Below, in pieces: positions 1-8,959 of a stretch of 49,451 bases of DNA. Location of the stretch: the IMG/VR virus record IMGVR_UViG_3300049019_000012, positions 1 through 49,451 of that record; one strand, written 5' to 3'. The notes under the pieces were generated by a model, which ran no database searches, was not told where the DNA came from, and was given only the letters and a program-made list of their open reading frames with translations. How positions within the stretch are numbered: position 1 is the first letter of the stretch; every line of letters starts with the position of its first letter. This stretch comes from a virus (Duplodnaviria; Caudoviricetes). The translations under genes were made by a program, and so were the position numbers.

Positions 1-164
1 TGCTGGGCCGTCGCAATTGACCAGGTACAGTTCGCCTGTCGGGTTGATGTAGCCGCGCGGGTCGAACTCATCCACGATGCTGTCCAGCCCGAAGTGCTTA
101 CGAATTCGTTCAGCGTAGCGCGTCTTCCCGCAGCCTTGCGGCCCGTACACGATGGCGGATTTAT
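1..164. repeat. Terminal direct repeat, left copy (circular assembly overlap)
   Basis: 1-164 equals 49288-49451 except T37 vs G49324; the overlap falls inside a gene. Confidence 0.95.
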
Positions 165-481
165 TCATGATTTCCTTTCGGTTTGTCGTCAAAAACAATG
201 CGGCGCATGTCCGCCAGGTGGCGTTCGGTAGCTGCTAGGCTGCCAGCGCTGCCGCTGCCTTCAGTCGGGCGCAGGCCGCAGTTCCACAGTTCATCCATCA
301 GCTGCTGGGCTGCGCGCATGTCGATGTTCAGGAACGGTTCGGTATGCGATCCGATGTCAGCCTGTTCCATGGTCGCAGGCTTGGCGACGCTGAACGTGTC
401 GCCGTTCTCGACGGCGAAGTGCAGCGCGATGCCAGCACGCCATGGCTGCGGATGGGCGTAGAATTTGCCGCCTCGCATCAC
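161..481 (-). CDS. Hypothetical phage protein
   Basis: ORF overlaps the stop of the ParB-like gene and the start of the next gene (start 481 GTG or 478 ATG). Confidence 0.7.
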   Translation of the reverse strand: MMRGGKFYAHPQPWRAGIALHFAVENGDTFSVAKPATMEQADIGSHTEPFLNIDMRAAQQLMDELWNCGLRPTEGSGSAGSLAATERHLADMRRIVFDDKPKGNHE

Positions 482-1395
482 GCACCGCCCGCCAGTTCAA
501 CCTGCGCCGCCTGGTTCGCCTTCTCGCGCAGCTTCTGTTCGGCCTTCTCGCGCAGTTCGGTGATGCTGCCGTGCTGGTTCATCAGTTCCCACACGATGGT
601 CGCGGGCAGCAGTACAGTGTCACCTTCCTTCGGCTCGTTCAGCAGGAACATGCGCGTTTCGGCGGGCAGCTTTGCGTGCAGAGTGTCCAGCGTCTGCACA
701 ACCGGCAGAACAGCCGCAGCCGGTGGCGTCCACGGCTTCAGCGCCTTGGCGGTGACTTTCTTGCCGCCGTTGTCTTGCTTGGCCTTCACCAGCTTGTCGG
801 CTGCCGCGTGGCCATGCGCACGCACCTGGTTGATGGCTTCCGTTGCCGCCACGCTGCCGTCCTTCACCAGCTGCTGCACCTGGTGCGGCGCGCTCGCCAG
901 AATCAGCATCTGGTCCACGTGCTGGCGGGTCTTGCCGACACGGCGGGCGATGTCGTCAGGCGTCAGGCCGTAGGCAGTCAAACGGCGGTAGCCTTCCGCG
1001 ATTTCCAGCGGACGTAACTTGCGGCCTTCGTTGCTGGTCATGATGCGGGCGGTGCGGTCCACATCGTTGCCAACGAACGGTTCGATGCGGATGTACTGGA
1101 TAGGATCGCCCGCCGCGATCAGTTCCTGGTAAGCCGTGAAGCGGCGGTGGCCGTCCACCAGGTCAACGCCTTGACCGTCAGCCGACAGCACGACTTCCAG
1201 CGCTGGCACTTGGCCGCCGCGCTTGATGTGCGCCTTCAGTGCGTCGATGTCTTCGCGGTAGTCGTCTGCGTTCACGTCGCGCAGATTGAAGCCGTCCACG
1301 ATGCGGATTGCGGACGGCACTGCTGCCATGCCGCTGTCGCCGCGCTTGACAATTTTGGCGTCGATCAGTGCGCGCCAGCTAAGTTTGATGCTCAT
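478..1395 (-). CDS. ParB/Spo0J-like protein (ParB N-terminal domain plus HTH)
   Basis: LVDGHRR motif, SNEGRKL segment, HTH-like LTPDDIARRVGKTRQHVDQML; GGAG RBS before ATG 1395. Confidence 0.8.
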   Translation of the reverse strand: MSIKLSWRALIDAKIVKRGDSGMAAVPSAIRIVDGFNLRDVNADDYREDIDALKAHIKRGGQVPALEVVLSADGQGVDLVDGHRRFTAYQELIAAGDPIQYIRIEPFVGNDVDRTARIMTSNEGRKLRPLEIAEGYRRLTAYGLTPDDIARRVGKTRQHVDQMLILASAPHQVQQLVKDGSVAATEAINQVRAHGHAAADKLVKAKQDNGGKKVTAKALKPWTPPAAAVLPVVQTLDTLHAKLPAETRMFLLNEPKEGDTVLLPATIVWELMNQHGSITELREKAEQKLREKANQAAQVELAGGA

Positions 1396-1696
1396 TTGTT
1401 TGCTCCATGTGAAAGTCTTTAAAATCGGCATCGCCTTCCATGCGTTGCGTGCCGTCCTTGCGATACCAGCAGTACTTACTTCCGATCCTGTGCGGCCACT
1501 CGCGGCGCGTCATGTGAACGTAGCCACTGCAGCTGCACGAAGTTTTTCGGGTGTTGCGTGTGTTCATCCAGCTGTCAATGCGCCACGACTTTGCGCTGCA
1601 CGAATTACATGCGGGTACGCGCAGGTATTCATCGGGCCTCATTGGAAATACGCGCCGCGCTTCGCACTTGCGGCAGCGGACGTGATAGCGCGCCAT
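1379..1696 (-). CDS. Cys-rich putative zinc-binding protein
   Basis: CRKC, CNSC, CSC...H...C motifs; in operon. Confidence 0.7.
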   Translation of the reverse strand: MARYHVRCRKCEARRVFPMRPDEYLRVPACNSCSAKSWRIDSWMNTRNTRKTSCSCSGYVHMTRREWPHRIGSKYCWYRKDGTQRMEGDADFKDFHMEQTNEHQT

Positions 1697-1698
1697 GC

Positions 1699-1863
1699 TT
1701 ACAGGCGAATCACGCGCTGCGCGTCTCGACGCTGCACCTGGTTCACTGGATGATGAGCATACTTATCGCCCAGCACGCGTTTCGCGATTTCAACGCGGCG
1801 GGCATTGCGTGCAGCCATTTCGGCGGCGGTTTCTTCGGTCATCTGTTTGCGAGTGTGCAGCAT
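1699..1863 (-). CDS. Small hypothetical protein (MLHTRKQ...)
   Basis: AGGGG RBS before ATG 1863; 3' part of track ORF 1699..2028. Confidence 0.6.
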   Translation of the reverse strand: MLHTRKQMTEETAAEMAARNARRVEIAKRVLGDKYAHHPVNQVQRRDAQRVIRL

Positions 1864-1912
1864 GGTGATCCCCTGAAGTGGATGCGCCCCATGCTGGCGG
1901 CGCTGGTCGGTA

Positions 1913-2431
1913 TTAGGCGGCCTTCTTGGCCTTGGACTTGTTTGCAGCGCCCTTCGGCCAGCCAGCCTGCGCAAAATCGCTGACCACGTTCGCAACCACT
2001 GGCAGAGTGCGGCAAGCGGCGGCGTCATCAGCTGGCAGGTACTTTTCGAATTCCGGAAGCATATCTACCAGCGCTTTGCGGGTCGTGCACGCCAGAGCGC
2101 AAGCGCGCAGCTTGCTTTCCAGCGCATTGCGCTTTTCGTCCTGAGAATCGTTTGCGCTATCCATGCGTTTGTACTCTTCAGCCGCCTTAGCGGATGGCGA
2201 GTAACCGTCTTTAGCGCACGGCACGCTCACGCTGCCGTAGCGGTACGCATAGTTCGTGTTCAAGAAATGGCGCAGACTTGCGTCGGAGTAGATCGCACGA
2301 ACCTTCAGCGGCAGCTGCGCCACTGCGTCGTCCTGGATCAGCTTGCGCATTTGTTCCTGGTAGTCGATTTCTGGAACGTCTTGCATGGCAGCGCGAACGA
2401 AGGCGTTGCGGATGGTATTGGTCAGGCGCAT
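1913..2431 (-). CDS. Nmad5-like (nucleotide-modification-associated domain 5) protein
   Basis: N-terminus MRLTNTIRNAFVRAAMQDVP and C-terminal TTRKALVDMLPEFEKYLP resemble this phage family. Confidence 0.65.
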   Translation of the reverse strand: MRLTNTIRNAFVRAAMQDVPEIDYQEQMRKLIQDDAVAQLPLKVRAIYSDASLRHFLNTNYAYRYGSVSVPCAKDGYSPSAKAAEEYKRMDSANDSQDEKRNALESKLRACALACTTRKALVDMLPEFEKYLPADDAAACRTLPVVANVVSDFAQAGWPKGAANKSKAKKAA

Positions 2432-2495
2432 AATTCTCTTTCAGTATTTGGGTTGCCCAGTGGCCGACTGGGCAGCGGTTGTGCTGCTGGGATTT

Positions 2496-2777
2496 TTAGT
2501 AGTAGCGAACGCGGGCGCGGGAGTTGGCAAGGCGGCTCAGCGCTTCTCGGGTGTTGCGTGCGTTGATGCTCTCGCTGATGCGCAGTCCAACAGCGCCCTT
2601 CGCGGCTTTGCGCGCCAGCTTGCTGCCGGCTGGGCGGGCTTTACCAGGGATGCGGCTACGAGTACGGCCAGCAGCTGCCATGGTCACAGGAATCTGCGGC
2701 GTAATCATCTGGTTAAAACGTGCTGCGAAGCCCATGCCGGAAGCGGCAGCGATCAGTGCTTTAGTAATCGATTTCAT
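2496..2777 (-). CDS. Basic hypothetical protein
   Basis: AGGA RBS; first gene after a candidate promoter. Confidence 0.65.
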   Translation of the reverse strand: MKSITKALIAAASGMGFAARFNQMITPQIPVTMAAAGRTRSRIPGKARPAGSKLARKAAKGAVGLRISESINARNTREALSRLANSRARVRYY

Positions 2778-2823
2778 AAATTCCTAAGTAGAAAAATTGC
2801 TGCATAACTCATGCAGTACCGCA

Positions 2824-2853
2824 ATTCTAACCCGGCCAAAAATATTTGCGCAA
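2824..2853 (-). promoter_or_regulatory. Candidate sigma70 promoter
   Basis: TTGCGC-N18-TAGAAT on minus strand in AT-rich intergenic DNA. Confidence 0.4.
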
Positions 2854-2866
2854 GTAAATCAGCAAA

Positions 2867-4282
2867 TTATTTGCGACGACGCCCGCCCATGACTTTGCCA
2901 GCCCACACAATCGGGTTCTTGTAACCGCGCTTGCGGCCCAGGTCAGCGAGTGCGCCCAGGTCTTTGCATGCGGCTTGCTCTGCCAGTAGGCGTGCACGTG
3001 TTGCGCGCTTGTCGTCGTCGGTCGCTTCCTGCAGTTCGCCTTCGCCCACTTCCAGCGGCTTCGCTTCGGCCTTCAGCAGCTTGCCGCAGCCTGGGCAGCA
3101 TTCTGGCAGCGGCCTGCGTATCTGCATGAAACACTGTTCGCACGTCACTGGCGGCGGTGGCGCGTTGTCGTTCGCGGCTTTCTTGCCCATGGCGCGGCCC
3201 AGCCAGTGTTCGGACCAGTCGCGTTCATCATCGGGGAAGCCGTGCCGGTTGCTGTTGCCCGCGTGGTCCAGCAGCTTGGCAATGTCTCCTGGACGCAACG
3301 CACGCCCCCAGCGCTGCATCACCTGGGACAGCGACGCGGACGGCGCGGCGTCGATCACGCACTTAATCTGCACGTCGCGCTGCGCCACTGCCGCGATGTC
3401 GAAGCCTTCAGCGAACAGCCCTTTATTCCACAGCACCTTAATGCGCCGGTCAGCATACGCCTGGATGACGCGGCGGCGTTCGGACTTGTCGGTGTTGCCG
3501 TCCAGATGCGCGGATGGAATGCCCGCCTGGTTGAACTGGTCGGCCATGTACTGGCTGAACGCCAGCGACGGTGCGAAGCCTACGGACAGTTCGTCGTTCG
3601 CATGCTTGCGCCAGTGCGTGATGATGTCGCCCAGCAGCTTCGGCTTATCCACCTTGGCTTCGACTTCGCCCGCAATAAAATCGCCCATGCGCTTGCCGAC
3701 GCCGGTCACGTCCATGCCACCGTTCGGAACCCATATGCGGTAGTTCGATAGAAATCCGTTTTCCATCAGCCAGGCGGGCGTCGGACCAGGAACCATTTCA
3801 TCGAAATGGGCATCTAGTCCGCTGCCATCCAGCCGCCATGGCGTGGCAGACAGCCCGATAATCAGCGTGCCGTTGTCGTGCAGCCACTTGATGACCGCAG
3901 CCCATCCTGCAGCGCCGCTGTGGTGGCATTCATCCACGATTGCGATGCGTGGCGCTTTGAGTTTCTGCAGGCGGCCTTTCAGCGTGTCGATGCTGCAGAT
4001 TTGAACCGGCATCCGCGTGTCCATCGGCATGCCAGCTGCAATAAAACTGTGGTGAATTCGGAACTTATTAAATGTCTTGGACGTTCCATCCAGTAATTCG
4101 ACGCGATGGCAAATAAACCATGTGTCTGCGCCTTTGGCTGCAGCCTGGCCCGCCATGTAAGACGCCATCACCGTTTTGCCGCTGCCGGTCGGAGACTGTA
4201 GCAGCACACGGCGATTGCGTTTCAGTGCAGCGCGCGTTCGGCTTACCAGGTCTTCCTGGTCTTCGCGTAGTTGTATCTGCAT
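2867..4282 (-). CDS. SF2 DEAD/DEAH-like helicase with C-terminal zinc ribbon
   Basis: SPTGSGKT, DECHH, SAT, QRWGRALR, CEQC/CPGC; likely start MQIQLRE at 4282. Confidence 0.92.
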   Translation of the reverse strand: MQIQLREDQEDLVSRTRAALKRNRRVLLQSPTGSGKTVMASYMAGQAAAKGADTWFICHRVELLDGTSKTFNKFRIHHSFIAAGMPMDTRMPVQICSIDTLKGRLQKLKAPRIAIVDECHHSGAAGWAAVIKWLHDNGTLIIGLSATPWRLDGSGLDAHFDEMVPGPTPAWLMENGFLSNYRIWVPNGGMDVTGVGKRMGDFIAGEVEAKVDKPKLLGDIITHWRKHANDELSVGFAPSLAFSQYMADQFNQAGIPSAHLDGNTDKSERRRVIQAYADRRIKVLWNKGLFAEGFDIAAVAQRDVQIKCVIDAAPSASLSQVMQRWGRALRPGDIAKLLDHAGNSNRHGFPDDERDWSEHWLGRAMGKKAANDNAPPPPVTCEQCFMQIRRPLPECCPGCGKLLKAEAKPLEVGEGELQEATDDDKRATRARLLAEQAACKDLGALADLGRKRGYKNPIVWAGKVMGGRRRK

Positions 4283-4307
4283 AATTCTGGCTGTTAGGAA
4301 ATCACCA

Positions 4308-4338
4308 ATTATAACGCGCAACAAATGCGCGATGGCAA
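4308..4338 (-). promoter_or_regulatory. Candidate helicase promoter with palindromic spacer
   Basis: TTGCCA-N19-TATAAT; spacer contains CGCGCA-N5-TGCGCG (4315-4331). Confidence 0.45.
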
Positions 4339-4366
4339 TAACTACAGCACCAGGGGAGAATGTGAA

Positions 4367-4795
4367 ATGCCCCATGCGGGATACGAGATCGCAAAGCTGT
4401 TGCTGGCGATGACGAAGACAGCGGCGGCGGTCTTCCTGCACTCAGAAAACCACGCATCAGAAGCGGACGCGGTGATGCTGTGCGCAGCGGTGTACATCGG
4501 CCAGTGCGAGAAACGCCCGATGACGGCGGGCAAGCTATCGGCGTACATCGGCATGCCGCGTCCTACTGTGCTGCGCAAACTCGGCGAACTGGAACAACGC
4601 GGCCTGGTCAGCGCGAACAAGAAGAAGCAATGGTGCATCGCTGACAATTCGCCGAAAGTAGCAGCGCGAATTGCTGCGGCGATTGATGCGTTATTGCCAC
4701 TTATTCACAATGCTGAAGCGATACTGTCCAGAATGGACACTCGCAGGATTGCGTCGAAACGACGACAAGAATTAGACAGAAATCAATCGCGGTGA
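4367..4795 (+). CDS. Winged-HTH transcriptional regulator (possible repressor)
   Basis: PMTAGKLSAYIGMPRPTVLRKLGELEQRGLV wHTH pattern; GGGGAG RBS; divergent from helicase. Confidence 0.75.
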   Translation: MPHAGYEIAKLLLAMTKTAAAVFLHSENHASEADAVMLCAAVYIGQCEKRPMTAGKLSAYIGMPRPTVLRKLGELEQRGLVSANKKKQWCIADNSPKVAARIAAAIDALLPLIHNAEAILSRMDTRRIASKRRQELDRNQSR

Positions 4796-4923
4796 TTTGC
4801 AAGTAAGTAACAGTGCAACGAAGCACGCATCATTCACGCGCGATAATTTTGCATCGATAAACATAACCACACGCAACAGTTGTGGTATCATGCAATCTTT
4901 CCAGTCATCATTAAGGGGCAGAA

Positions 4924-6072
4924 GTGAATCCGGGAATCTACGACGACATTCCGAACGCCGACTATCACGGCGGCGAAGGCATCAGCAATTCAGGCTTGGC
5001 GATCATTCGACGCAGTCCGCTGCACTACCGTGCGCGCCAGCTGGCAGCAAACGACAACGAACCCACGACGGCGCAGGCCATCGGCACGGCGTTCCATGCG
5101 CTGCTGCTGGAACCGGAATTGTTTTACAAGGAATACTGCCTGGGCATTCGCCAGTCGGATTATCCGGATGCCATCGACAGCCGCGACCAGCTGGTGGCGA
5201 TGGTCACGAAGCTGAACGAAGGCCGCCTGCCGAAGCTGTCCACCACTGGCACGAAGGACGAACTGGTGGCGCGCATCGTGGAAGCGCTGCCGACTGAAAG
5301 CCGCACGCCGGAAGTGTTGGCAGGCTTCCAGGAAATGAAGGGCGCGGAACTGAAAGCCACCATCGAAGAACTGAACGCGCTGCGTACTGGCCTGCTGTCC
5401 ACCACGGGCACGATGGAACAGCTGGCCGTGCTGCTGAAGACCGAAGGCGTGGCCGTCACGCTCTGGAAGGATTTGAAAGCCGAATGGATGGCGAACAACG
5501 GCCACCGCAACGTGCTGACGCCTGAAGTGTGGGACCAGCTGATGAACATGCGCGACGCTGCTATGGCGCATCCTATCGCCCGCGCGCTGCTGACCGGCAA
5601 GCCTGGCAAGGCTGAACGCTCGGTGTATTGGATCGATGAAGCCACTGGCGAACTATGCCGCTGCCGTCCTGACTTCTGGCGCGAAGACGATATCGTGGTG
5701 GACCTGAAGACCACGGAAGACGCCAGCCCGGAAGGCTTCGGCAAATCGATTGCGAACTGGTCCTACGACACACAGGACGCGTTCTACCGCGACGGCTGCG
5801 CTGCTGTCGGCAAGCCGCTGCGTGCGTTCGTGTTCCTCGCCGTCGAAAAGTCCGCCCGCGTGGTCGAAGGTCAGCCGCTTGGCGTTGCTGTGTACCAGTT
5901 GGACGAAGCAGGCCGCGACCTGGGTCGTGCGAAGTATCGCGCAGACCTGGCCACCTATGCCCAGTGCAAGGCGACGAACAAGTGGCCCTGCTACAGCGAC
6001 AAGCTGGAAACGATCAGCCTGCCGCAGTGGCACATGAACCGCAATGCGCACCTTGTCGAAGGTGTTGCATGA
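4924..6072 (+). CDS. RecE/exonuclease VIII-like PD-(D/E)XK nuclease
   Basis: YH...ISNSGL, GTAFHALLLEPE, CRCRPD, VDLKTT, YDTQDAFY motifs. Confidence 0.88.
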   Translation: MNPGIYDDIPNADYHGGEGISNSGLAIIRRSPLHYRARQLAANDNEPTTAQAIGTAFHALLLEPELFYKEYCLGIRQSDYPDAIDSRDQLVAMVTKLNEGRLPKLSTTGTKDELVARIVEALPTESRTPEVLAGFQEMKGAELKATIEELNALRTGLLSTTGTMEQLAVLLKTEGVAVTLWKDLKAEWMANNGHRNVLTPEVWDQLMNMRDAAMAHPIARALLTGKPGKAERSVYWIDEATGELCRCRPDFWREDDIVVDLKTTEDASPEGFGKSIANWSYDTQDAFYRDGCAAVGKPLRAFVFLAVEKSARVVEGQPLGVAVYQLDEAGRDLGRAKYRADLATYAQCKATNKWPCYSDKLETISLPQWHMNRNAHLVEGVA

Positions 6073-6167
6073 AGGGCCGCGTTGACTGGTGCGGCGTCGG
6101 CTTCTTTGCGATCTGCCTGGCGTCTGCCGCCGTCACGGTGACGACGCTCTACAAACTCATTTTCTAA
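6069..6167 (+). CDS. Small single-TM protein (32 aa)
   Basis: ATGA overlap with exonuclease stop; hydrophobic GVGFFAICLASAAVTVTTLY. Confidence 0.5.
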   Translation: MKGRVDWCGVGFFAICLASAAVTVTTLYKLIF

Positions 6168-6187
6168 ACCACGGAAGCAAAACACAC

Positions 6188-7150
6188 ATGAGCATTTTTC
6201 AAATCGAAGAAGCGCAGCGGGAAGGCGCGCGCCTGGTTATCGGACTGGGCGGCGTGTCTGGCGGCGGCAAGACCTACACGGCCCTGCAACTGGCTTGGGG
6301 CATGACGAACTACGACGCCAAAAAAGTTGGGTTCATCTGCACCGAGAATAAACGGGGTCGCCTGTACAGCGACAGCCTGGTGGACGCGAACGGCGAAGTG
6401 CATCGCTTCCTGATTGGTGATCTGACTGCGCCATTCTCTCCGCAGCGCTACATCGAAGCAATCCAGGAATTCGAAAAGGCGGGCGTCGAAGTGCTGGTGA
6501 TCGACAGCGTTTCGCACGAATGGGAAGGCATCGGCGGCTGCGAAGACATCGCCAATGCAGGCAACGCGCGCAATCCGGCATGGAATAAGGCGAAGGCCGA
6601 ACATAAGCGCTTCATGAACGCTCTGCTGCAGTCACCTATGCACATCATCGCGTGCATGCGCGCCCGTGAAAAAACGAAGCAGGAAATGGTGGACGGCAAG
6701 CTGAAGTATGTGCCGCTTGGCGTCCAGCCGATCTGCGAAAAGAACTTCATGTTCGAACTGACTGCATCGCTGATGATGTGGAACGAAGGTAAGTCGCAAG
6801 ACGCGCTGAAATGCCCATCCGAACTGCGCGGCATGCTGGGCCGCCAGGAAGGCTACATCACTGCCGCTGATGGTGCCGCGTTGCGCGCCTGGGTCGATGG
6901 CGCAAAGCAGCTGGACCCTGAAGTGGAACGCGCACGCAGCAACCTGAACCTGGTGTGCGAACAGGGCATGGCCGCGCTGGTTGAAGCTTGGAAGAAGCTG
7001 CCGAAGGCGATCCGCACGGCGATCAATGCAGACGGCACTTGCCCTGATGTGTTCAAGAAATCCGCCCAGTCGTTCGACTCCCAGCGCACCAGCGACGACC
7101 AGGCAGCAGTGAACGACTTGAACGCAGAACTGGCAGGACAGGCCGCTTAA
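6188..7150 (+). CDS. AAA_24/Sak4-like recombination ATPase
   Basis: Walker A GVSGGGKT, Walker B LVIDSVSHEW; lies between exonuclease and SSB. Confidence 0.85.
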   Translation: MSIFQIEEAQREGARLVIGLGGVSGGGKTYTALQLAWGMTNYDAKKVGFICTENKRGRLYSDSLVDANGEVHRFLIGDLTAPFSPQRYIEAIQEFEKAGVEVLVIDSVSHEWEGIGGCEDIANAGNARNPAWNKAKAEHKRFMNALLQSPMHIIACMRAREKTKQEMVDGKLKYVPLGVQPICEKNFMFELTASLMMWNEGKSQDALKCPSELRGMLGRQEGYITAADGAALRAWVDGAKQLDPEVERARSNLNLVCEQGMAALVEAWKKLPKAIRTAINADGTCPDVFKKSAQSFDSQRTSDDQAAVNDLNAELAGQAA

Positions 7151-7151
7151 G

Positions 7152-7352
7152 ATGACCGCAGCAGCACAGAAATATTTGACCAGCAAGGAAGCCGCAGAAC
7201 TGTTGCGCACGAAGGTGGGCACGCTCGCGAACAAGCGTGTGAAGGGCGAAGGCCCGCCCTTCGTGAAGTTCGGTTCAAAAGTCCTGTACGAAGTGGAAGC
7301 ACTGACTGCATGGCTGAAGGCGGCTAACGACAACCAATCAAGCGACAAATGA
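7152..7352 (+). CDS. Excisionase-like HTH protein
   Basis: YLTSKEAAELL...TLANKR..GEGPPFVKFGSKVLY pattern of HTH_17/Xis proteins. Confidence 0.8.
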   Translation: MTAAAQKYLTSKEAAELLRTKVGTLANKRVKGEGPPFVKFGSKVLYEVEALTAWLKAANDNQSSDK

Positions 7353-7987
7353 AAAATCTCATTCAGAAAATTCAAGACTACTCTGCCAAGCGCTCCGCCG
7401 TGATTTCGTTCAGCCCTAACGGGCGCATCGACACCGACGACGTTATTGTGTCTGCTTCGCAGTTCATGGAACTTATCGGCGCAGCAGCAAACGACAACAG
7501 CGAAGGCTTCGCGGTAACGCTCGACGCCCTGGGCTATTCCAGCCTGGCGCACGTGCTGGGCCGCGCGTTCGACCAGGCGGCGAATGGCAAGGGCAAGGAA
7601 CGCCACGCCAATGAACTGCCGTTCGACCAGCAGCCGATGCAAACCATTGCGCAGGCCCACGGCGTAGGCTTCCTGACTGGCCAGGCGGCGAAGAAGTCCC
7701 AGGAAGCGCTGGGCCTGCCGCACGATGCGAAAATCCGCGAACTGCTGGGCGCAATCAACTACCTGGCGGGCGCGGTGATCTTCCTGGAATCGAAGCCACG
7801 GACGATTAGCGTGATGAAAACCAGCGCAGTGGGTCGCACTGGCGAATCCTCATCAAGCATCGGCGGCCCGTACTCCGACAGCAAGCGCCAGGCGATGAAA
7901 GACGGCGCATGCAAGGCGGACAGCCTGGGCGATGTTTGCGTGTCCTGCCGCCCAAACGGGCCATGTAAGGCGGTGGCGCGTGACTGA
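7349..7987 (+). CDS. Conserved-looking phage hypothetical protein
   Basis: ATGA overlap; AFDQAANGKGKERHA segment; no function recognised. Confidence 0.75.
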   Translation: MKNLIQKIQDYSAKRSAVISFSPNGRIDTDDVIVSASQFMELIGAAANDNSEGFAVTLDALGYSSLAHVLGRAFDQAANGKGKERHANELPFDQQPMQTIAQAHGVGFLTGQAAKKSQEALGLPHDAKIRELLGAINYLAGAVIFLESKPRTISVMKTSAVGRTGESSSSIGGPYSDSKRQAMKDGACKADSLGDVCVSCRPNGPCKAVARD

Positions 7988-8186
7988 CCTGTACGACCAG
8001 GCATCCGAAACTGAAGCGCTGGCGCTGTCTGCAGCGCTTCAGGCCCAGCAAGCGAAGGCAGCAGCAGCCGTGCAGCCGGTGGCAACAGGCGAATGCCTGA
8101 ACCCGCTGTGCGGCGAAGAACTGGAGCCGCCGAAGTTGTTCTGCGGTCCCGATTGCGCGCGTGAACACGCACGGCGCAGCAAGTAA
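7980..8186 (+). CDS. TraR/DksA-like C4 zinc-finger protein
   Basis: GTG start; N-terminal DxxDxA (MTDLYDQA); CLNPLC...FCGPDC. Confidence 0.7.
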   Translation: MTDLYDQASETEALALSAALQAQQAKAAAAVQPVATGECLNPLCGEELEPPKLFCGPDCAREHARRSK

Positions 8187-8215
8187 TTTCAACCACACGA
8201 AAGACACATCACACC

Positions 8216-8659
8216 ATGAAATCTATCGGTTTGGCCCGCCTGGGCCGCGACGCAGAACTGCGCTACACACCTGGCGGTGACGCCGTTTGCAATCTGTCGC
8301 TGTCGTATGTCTGCGGACAGAAGAAACAGGGCGATCAGTACGCGCCCAGCCAGTGGGTTGATGCCACGCTGTGGGGTAAGCAGGCCGAAGCGCTCGCGCC
8401 GTACCTGGTGAAAGGCAGCGTGCACTGCTTCTACCTGTCGGACATGCGCATTGAAACCTACCAGAAGAACGGCGGCGGCGAAGGCGTCAAGCTGGTGGCC
8501 CGCGTCGATAACGTCGAACTGGGACCGCGTGTCGGCGGCAACGACCAGGGCGACGCACCAGCGCCAGCACAGCGTCCTGCAGCTGGTGCGCCCGCTCAGC
8601 GTCCAGCGCCACGTCCTGCACCGAACTTCAGCGACATGGATGACGATATTCCCTTCTAG
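8216..8659 (+). CDS. ssb: Single-stranded DNA-binding protein
   Basis: RLGRDAELRYTP OB-fold start, Pro/Ala linker, C-terminal DDDIPF. Confidence 0.95.
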   Translation: MKSIGLARLGRDAELRYTPGGDAVCNLSLSYVCGQKKQGDQYAPSQWVDATLWGKQAEALAPYLVKGSVHCFYLSDMRIETYQKNGGGEGVKLVARVDNVELGPRVGGNDQGDAPAPAQRPAAGAPAQRPAPRPAPNFSDMDDDIPF

Positions 8660-8700
8660 CAACATTTGTTTCTTTGACGCACGTTGCTAACTCACAACAC

Positions 8701-8722
8701 AAACCCGCTTCGGCGGGTTTTT
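8701..8722 (+). terminator. Intrinsic terminator
   Basis: AAACCCGC-TTCG-GCGGGTTTTT after ssb. Confidence 0.8.
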
Positions 8723-8726
8723 ACGA

Positions 8727-8924
8727 ATGGGAAGACAAATGAAACAGTTTTACTGGGAAGTGAAGCGGCTGAATAAAAAGACGGCCAGGATGGTATTGCT
8801 CTGGCGCGGCGTGCATGCATGGGTTCGATTCCCTGCCAGGCATATCGATGACAGGCGCTACCTAGCGCTATGCCTGCGTGATGTACGTTACGCCGCGAAG
8901 CTTCAATTGCGCGCTGTCCGCTGA
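8727..8924 (+). CDS. Small basic hypothetical protein
   Basis: ORF between two terminators; start could be 8739. Confidence 0.45.
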   Translation: MGRQMKQFYWEVKRLNKKTARMVLLWRGVHAWVRFPARHIDDRRYLALCLRDVRYAAKLQLRAVR

Positions 8925-8928
8925 AACG

Positions 8929-8955
8929 CAAAACCCGCCAGTGGCGGGTTTTTTT
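8929..8955. terminator. Bidirectional intrinsic terminator
   Basis: AAAACCCGCCAGTGGCGGGTTTTTTT between convergent units. Confidence 0.8.
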
Positions 8956-8959
8956 GTCG

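Noticed and set aside
1-164. Terminal repeat as a biological direct terminal repeat
   Set aside because: It cuts through a gene, the terminase is cos-type with a cos-like site at ~39.1 kb, and the exact match after the single mismatch is 127 nt, a common assembler k-mer; most likely an assembly overlap with one variant base.
8801-8840. Plus-strand T-loop-like GGGTTCGATTCCC inside the 8727-8924 ORF
   Set aside because: Only a 3-bp stem and no cloverleaf or CCA; may be chance.
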